Shown here piece by piece: positions 36,101 to 41,958 of a stretch of DNA of 41,958 nt. The position numbers and the translations under genes are program-made. This DNA is from Macrostomum lignano (taxonomy: Eukaryota): NCBI GenBank assembly GCA_002269645.1, contig NIVC01002636.1:1-41958 (forward strand), written 5' to 3'. Each line of letters opens with the position of its first letter. Within the stretch, counting starts at the first letter, position 1. The notes under the pieces were generated by a model that worked only from the letters and a program-made list of their open reading frames with translations, did not search any database and was not told the DNA's origin.

Positions 36101-38541
36101 GCTTCATCACAGCGGGAGAAGCTTACTCACTCATTTCGATGGAGTTTGGAGTGAAAGCTGATTTTAATTGGGCTTCGGTGTGCCCGCAGTGCGCCTTGGC
36201 TCTTGAATTTTTTCCGCCTAAAAAGTTTTTGTACGAATTCCCGGCTGAAATGTAAATCAAATTTAGTTTCCAATGCCTAATGTAGTTTGTTATAATGCTA
36301 TGCATAAATTTGCATCCAGATCGAGTTAGTGCATTGTAAATGGTTGAATTAATTTCTAAGCATTACCGAGGAAGTTATTCACTTGACTACTATTTGTCAT
36401 TGACAATTTTGGTCATTGATAGTTTTCGAGGGAGAAGGTCATAGACACCTTAGGTCATAGAAAGTTTAAGTCATAGAAATCTCAGGTCATAGACAGTTTA
36501 GATCATAGACTGCTAGAAGGTAATAGAAGGTCATAGAAGGTCATAGAAGGTCACCGAAAATTTAGGTCATAGCAATCTCAGGTCATAGACAGTTTAAGTC
36601 ATAGACAGTTTAGGTCATAGAAAACTTAAGTCAAAGATATCTCATGTCATAGTTTAGGTCAATGACAATTTAGGTCATAGACAGTTTGGGCAGGTCTTAG
36701 ATAGTTTAGGTCATAGACAGCTTAGGTCATAGAAAATTTAAGTCATAGAAATCTCAGGTCATAGACAGTTTAGATCATAGACAGCTTAGGTCATAGAAAA
36801 TTTAAGTCATAGAAATCTAAGGTCATAGACAGTTTAAGTCAAAGACAGTTTAAGTCATAGACAATTTGGGTAGGTCTTAGATTGCTTAGGTCATAGACAG
36901 CTTAGGTCATAGAAAGTTTAAGTCATAGAAACTTTAGGTCATAGATAGTTAAGATCATAGACAGATTAAGTTATTGACAGTTCAGACCATGGCCAAGGAG
37001 TGGATTCGGACGCCTCTAATCCCGCAGATCATCTACTACGGCCTCGTGCAGCAGAGCACTGGCGAGGACTGGGTGAACTCGCAGCTGTCCCTGTCTACAA
37101 GCCAGCCGGGAGTTGGCGGCACAGCTCCGGCGCTTGGAGTCCACAGGGCGCATTTTAAGGCTGGCAAAGTGTGAGTGCATGCAACTGCTTCAAGCCCGTG
37201 TCATTGTTAGAGAATTTTTAGCATTCGATCTTGGCTCTCTCAACTTGTATAGTTTTTCTTGAGCCTCACAGGAGGCATCGCAACAGCATCCGTGGACTGG
37301 TCAAAGAGACTAAAGGCGAGCATTCCCTCCCCGGGGAAACATTAATTTGAGTATAGGGTTGCATGCAGACTTCGTGGCCCAGGTGATCAATAGCATTAAT
37401 TATGAGCAAATTGGCCCGGGCGGGATGGACCGGGCAACAGGGCGCAACAAACTTCAGCTAGCTAGTAGGGAGACGGACAAAAACTGATGAAGGCAACTGG
37501 GAAGATAAAAGAAGGCAGCAAAGTCTCCCCAAGGGGTATATTGTAGTAGGGAAGGCCGAATCGAGGCAGGGCGAGCTGGTGAGTCATTCCTGCTTGAAAT
37601 TCGCCCTCATCAGACTCGCTCATCATATTTTCTTGCTTTGCTGTTGCGACTCTCTTGCTTCTGGCGCGTAAGAAGACTCTTGCAATTCTAATCTACCCTA
37701 CTGGCCCCGCTGCTTAAAGGCTCGCGTCCGGCTCAGGCGATGCGGGTCGGGACCGCTTTCCTGAAAAATCGCATTTCAAATTGCCGCCGCCGCCGCCTCC
37801 GGGCATGGGATTTTTTGTGACAGCTTAGCCTGAAAAGTCATTACTTAGCTGGCGAGTAAATTGGAGATGGAGGAGCTCCAGCTGCATGCATCTGATGCCT
37901 TCCAGGCTTGGGGGGTAAAGAAGGTCACGCTAGAGCATTCATCGGACAGCCTGAGAAGAGGGCGAAGGCCCTAAAGGATGGGTAGAATCTCGCGCCAAGC
38001 AACCCACGTTCGATTCTCTGCGCGGACTCATTCAATATGCACCCAAGGACTACTAGACTAGACTACAACGAAGTGTTCCTAGTAGTCCTTGTGTACACCC
38101 TGTGTGAGCGTGTGCATGTACGAATTCAGGGACCAGAGGAATTCACATGACTGTTTGCCTCCTCGATCTATGGATTTCACTGCTTAATTAACTCAGTGCA
38201 ATTGGTTTCACTTTTCCCGCAGCGAGCCAACCGTGACGCTGAGGAAAACCGCAACCAAGGCGCGCAAATCCAGCCGGGTTGTCAAGGCGCTCAGCTTCCA
38301 CGCCAACGACAAGGTGGCCAGCAATCTGGCCAGGATGTCGTCGGCCGATCCCGACGGAGGCGCGGGCGGCGGTGGCGGCGCCGCGGCCTCCTCGGACGAA
38401 GCGGCGATGACAGCGGCGGGCGAGGATGCCGGCAGGACGCCGATCGAAGGCACCCCGATGCACGGAGCCAGCTCGTCAGCCGCGGCTGCCGCAGCCGCCG
38501 CAGCTGCGTCAGGCTCCGCTGTCACCAACGGGCAACAGGAG
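27126..38541 (+). CDS. DUF4140 + DUF4139 domain protein (F37C4.5/MuiA-like family), 3' partial, 6 exons seen (about 444 aa)
   Basis: Exons 27126-27361, 29406-29679, 32719-32947, 34700-34829, 37028-37170, 38223-38541. DUF4140: VKSVTVYLDRAEVCR...IDKDSIRVEVKGPATIADV. DUF4139: LELYLSYVVSRAKWSPKYDVRV...YYGLVQQSTGEDWVNSQLSLSTSQP. Exon 3 needs one extra base (about 32910) to join exon 4. The C-terminal exons are not in the window. Confidence 0.88.
27500..29300. repeat. 16-bp minisatellite, about 110 copies, in intron 1 of the DUF4139 gene
   Basis: Unit gcgcccagataaatga with variants. It produces the LGAHLSGRSFIWALIY ORFs. Confidence 0.97.
29700..30890. repeat. 15-bp minisatellite, about 79 copies, in intron 2
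   Basis: Unit agcgattctcatagt, with ggcgattctcattgg variants at the edges. Confidence 0.97.
31483..32370. repeat. 20-bp minisatellite, about 44 copies, in intron 2
   Basis: Unit agagacattctacagaggtt and variants. Confidence 0.95.
32395..32700 (+). mobile_element. tRNA-headed SINE with hairpin core
   Basis: Head ggggcagagtagttcggccgtaaacgcgtctgactctcgcgcc...GGTTCGATT. Core cccccaag...gtgtacatgcctga...tcagggctgctgtacaccctgtgtgag. A-rich 3' end. Confidence 0.7.
32977..33300. repeat. 43-bp minisatellite, about 7 copies, in intron 3
   Basis: Unit gtagcttgagattcttagaggtgtgcaatcggtaccaggtatc (for example starts at 33068 and 33111). Confidence 0.93.
33950..34510. repeat. 20-bp minisatellite, about 27 copies, in intron 3
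   Basis: Unit catggtgtcagagaggtt(c/t)c, degenerate at both edges. Confidence 0.96.
34888..35604. mobile_element. hAT-like non-autonomous element with an internal GA-rich tandem expansion
   Basis: Left end CAGGGGTTGGCAAAC; right end gagggccggagttcgtggaccccag. Flanks ccttaagc and gctcaagc match at 6 of 8 positions, a plausible decayed 8-bp TSD. Internal units of about 19-20 bp, gagagaagagagatgagggg. Confidence 0.7.
36440..36965. repeat. Degenerate 16-17-bp minisatellite in intron 4
   Basis: Unit ggtcatagacagttta alternating with gtcatagaaaatttaa and gtcatagaaatctcag variants. Confidence 0.92.
37955..38130 (+). mobile_element. Diverged tRNA-headed SINE of the same core family, in intron 5
   Basis: ctcgcgcc...accc..GTTCGATTC shared with 32430-32458, then tgtacaccctgtgtgagcg at 38092. 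Confidence 0.6.
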
Positions 38542-38557
38542 GTGAAGGGCGCTTTCA

Positions 38558-39880
38558 CAGACACTAAACTTCACAAACCCCAAACTTCACAGACCCTAAA
38601 CTTCACAAACCCTAAACTTCACAGACCCCAAACTTCACAAACCCTAAACTTCACAAACCCTAAACTTCACAAACCCCAAACTTCACAAACCCTAAACTTC
38701 ACAAACCCTAAACTTCACAGACCCCAAACTTCACAAACCCTAAACTTCACAAACCCTAAACTTCACAAACCCTAAACCTCACAAACCCTAAACTTCACAA
38801 ACCCTAAACCTCAGAGGGGGCCGTAGCCCAGCGGTAGCGCAGCTGCTCTGGTGTGCCAGCGACCCAGGCTCGATTCCAAGTGCAGTCACATTAATTTGGG
38901 GCTGATTTGGAATCTCGGCTTGGCTCTGCTCGTGCAATTAACGGCCTTGAGAGCCAACCCCCAAGGCGCAGTAAAGTGTACATGCCTAACGATAAAATAA
39001 AGTTAGGGCCGCTGTACACTCCTGTGTGAGTGTGTGCCTGCGTACGTATCCGCGCGCTTGTATGCCTGCTCAGGGGAGTCGGCGGAATGGGCAGTAATGC
39101 CTCTCGCCGGTTGTGTGCCAATATCGCTTAAAGTGCGCCAGGGTGCACACACCCCCTGCTCTAAAAAAAAATAAAAAAACCCTAAACCTCACAAACCCTA
39201 AACTTCACAAACCTTAAACTTCACAAATGCTAAACTTCACAGACCCTAAACTTCACAAACCCTAAACTTCACAGACCCTAAACTTCACACACCCCAAACT
39301 TCACAGACCCTAAACTTCACACACCCCAAACTTCACAGACCCTAAACTTCACACACCCCAAACTTCAAGACCCTAAACTTCACACACCTCAAACTTCATA
39401 GACCCTAAACTTCACAAACCCTAAACTTCACACACCCCAAACTTCACAGACCCTAAACTTCACAAACCCTAAACTTAACACACCCCAAACTTCAAGACCC
39501 TAAACTTCACAAACCCCAAACTTCATAGACCCTAAACTTCACAAACCCTAAACTTCACACACCCCAAACTTCAAGACCCTAAACTTCACACACCCCAAAC
39601 TTCAAGACCCTAAACTTCACACACCCCAAACTTCATAGACCCCAAACTTCACAGACCCTAAACTTCACACACCCCAAACTTCACAGACCCTAAACTTCAC
39701 AAACCCTAAACTTCACACACCCCAAACTTCAAGACCCTAAACTTCACACACCCCAAACTTCAAGACCCTAAACTTCACACACCCCAAACTTCATAGACCC
39801 CAAACTTCACAGACCCTAAACTTCACAAATCCTAAACTTCACAAATCCTAAACTTCACAAATCCTAAACTTCACAGACAA
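38558..39880. repeat. 16-bp minisatellite in intron 6, split by a SINE
   Basis: Unit aaaccctaaacttcac with agaccct and acacccc variants; segments 38558-38813 and 39177-39880. Confidence 0.96.
38816..39176 (+). mobile_element. Full-length tRNA-headed SINE with poly(A) tail and probable 15-bp TSD
   Basis: Head gggggccgTAGCCCAGCGGTAGcgc...GGCTCGATTCC; core at 38976-39030; A-tail from 39163. The 15-mer aaaccctaaacctca, a rare array variant, is at 38799-38813 and 39177-39191. Confidence 0.85.
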
Positions 39881-41569
39881 TAAGTTCTATAACGCCTAAA
39901 CTATTCGTCATCCATTTTGTCCTAACTGAGTTTTAGGAGTCACAAAATAGAGGATATATGAGCTCTCTTTAAAGATTGACTCTTTTATGATGTGCTCACT
40001 TGAGCAGCAAGGAACGAGCCGAGATATAATCCGACCAACCCAACAGCGAATTCTGAGACTTTGCGCCGGTTCAGAGACCTTGCTGCTCCGAGCTGCATGC
40101 TGCATGCTCGATTCGGGACAATGCTCAGAAAATTCGAACCATCCCGCCGCAGCACGTGACGTCTGTCTCACGCTTGAGCAGGCTCACCCTGTGGGACTGG
40201 CGCCAGATTTCTCCATCTCAGCGCTGCCGCTCTCAGTCACTTCCTCATCCAAATCCCCGATTCGATCCCAGCAACCGGAAACCTCTTGGCAACCGTTATC
40301 CGCGATTAGGCCTGTGGGATTTGGACGGCGATTGGGTTGGGTGGGGGGGTCGAATAAGCTCAAACCTAAACAAAGCTTTCACCCAGGCCTCATCCAGCCT
40401 CAGCATCTCAACTCTCCATCTTTCTGTCCCGCCCCTCATTTCTCTCTCTCTCTCTCTCTCTCTCCATCTAATCGCCCTCGAAGCTTCGAAGTAAAAAGAG
40501 TCGGGCTCGCTGCTCAAGTAAAAAAGTCAAAACTGCTCCTCAAGATCGAAGAGTCGGGCGCGGCCAGAGGGCTTCAGGGGGTCGCCTTCTTTATTCTCTC
40601 TTGCCCTGGAGCGGCTCGGCAGAAAATGCAATCAGAGAACAGGCGATAGCCAAGAAGAAAAAGCGGATGACGACTAGGAAGACGGAGCGGAAAAAGAAGG
40701 AGAAGACGGAGCTTCTTTCAATTCCCCTCCTCTACTGCCTGGACTGCTCAGCAATCGTGACTCAGATCCCCAGCACTGTTCCCGACCCCTGCAAATCCTA
40801 TCTCTCCCAGGCCAGCCTCTCCTCTTCTTCATCTCGTAAAAAACGCATCGCCGGCGGAGTTGCTTGCCCGACCGCAACCCTCCCCCGCCGCCTTCCCCCA
40901 ATTTCCTCGCTCCGCCCCGCGCGCGAGCGATGGGAGGAAGAAAAACACAGCAAGGAGGAATGGGAGGGAGCCAAGAGAAGAAAGGCAGTGGGGAGGGACC
41001 CAGGCAAAGAGATAGGAAGGAGGCTGGAGGCTTCCCAGTTTACAGGGATGCGGCTTTGGCTTTGCTTTTTTGCATTGTCGCTAGGGCCTGAGCTGGGCTT
41101 GCCCGGGAGAGCGCTAGACAGAGGCCAGAACAGGGGGTGAGTCACGTGAGGGAGCTATGCTGAGTCAACGGGGTTTACTCCAAGCCCTAACGGATTAGGA
41201 CTTGGTCACTCGCTCACACAACAGGCACTTAATCCTGAAACTTTTTTGCTGCTTCGAGCAAATTCTAGTATTACCAGGGGCTGTACCGAAAATAAAGACC
41301 GAATACTACTGGAAAGTAGCATAATGGCAGTTTTTCGAGTACAAAACTTTCGGCTTTATTAAAATATACGCCAGAAAGTTTGTTTGTTTTCTTCCTGAAG
41401 ATTTCGATTTGAAGAGAAATTGTAGAAACTCATGAACAATGATCCTGAATTCAGGAAAATAAAAATCATGATAAAGCCTATCTAAATATATCCCAACATC
41501 CCAAAACGGGTGAAACAACGTGAAACCAAATTGAAACTCGTCGAACCCGAGGGTAACTATATAATCAGA

Positions 41570-41958
41570 ATCCAAGGGTAACTAATCCGAATTCAAGGGT
41601 AACTAATCCGAATCCAAGGTTAACTCTTCCGAATCCAAGGGTAACTAATCCGAATCCAAGGGTAACTCGTCCGAATCCAAGGTAACTAATCCGAATTCAA
41701 GGGTAACTAATCCGAATTCAAGGGTAACTAATCCGAATTCAAGTTAACTAATCCGAATTCAAGGGTAACTCGTCCGAATCCAAGGGGTAACTATATATCG
41801 AATTCAAAGGGTAACTAATCCGAATTCAAGGGTAACTAATCCGAATTCAAGGGTAACTAATCGAATTCAAGGGTAACTAATCCGAATTCAGGGTAACTAA
41901 TCCGAATTCAAGGGTAATCGTCCGAATCCAAGGGTAACTATATAATCCGAATCCAAGG
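41570..41958. repeat. 21-bp minisatellite running off the window end
   Basis: Unit agggtaactaatccgaattca. Confidence 0.96.

Noticed and set aside
38558-39880. Telomeric array (CCCTAA/CCCTAAA within the unit)
   Set aside because: Each hexamer is separated by about 10 unrelated bases in a 16-bp unit, so this is not a telomere tract.
20300-41170. Apparent enrichment of AP-1 sites (TGAGTCA/TGACTCA)
   Set aside because: About 10 sites were seen against about 5 expected by chance in 42 kb, not clustered; too weak to call enhancers.

Overview
Eukaryotic, intron-containing animal DNA. GC-rich exons and introns full of 15-23 bp minisatellites suggest a Macrostomum-like flatworm assembly, which is an inference only. 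Exons were reconstructed by hand from GT/AG sites and reading phase. (1) Two tandem + strand DSTYK/RIPK5-like genes, each a dynamin-like GTPase, a helical region and a C-terminal kinase domain. Copy 1 (162-3310, 5' partial, many 1-bp deletions) keeps all kinase motifs. Copy 2 (8240-12422, about 927 aa) has an intact GTPase but looks like a pseudokinase: GxGxxG is RSAAQC, HRDxK is HQDxA, DFG is PFG. Patches of the N-terminal half are 98-99% identical between the copies. (2) An SH2D5-like PTB-polyQ-SH2 adaptor on the - strand (4 exons, about 558 aa). (3) A DUF4140/DUF4139 gene on the + strand (6 exons seen, running off the right end), possibly with a distant Pro/acidic 5' exon. The rest is a broken RTE LINE whose RT core is replaced by an inverted RNase H fragment, several MITEs, tRNA-headed SINEs (some sharing a hairpin core) and about 14 unrelated tandem arrays. 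No rRNA, true tRNA gene or CRISPR array was found. The best candidate for an undescribed system is the GTPase-kinase / GTPase-pseudokinase pair.
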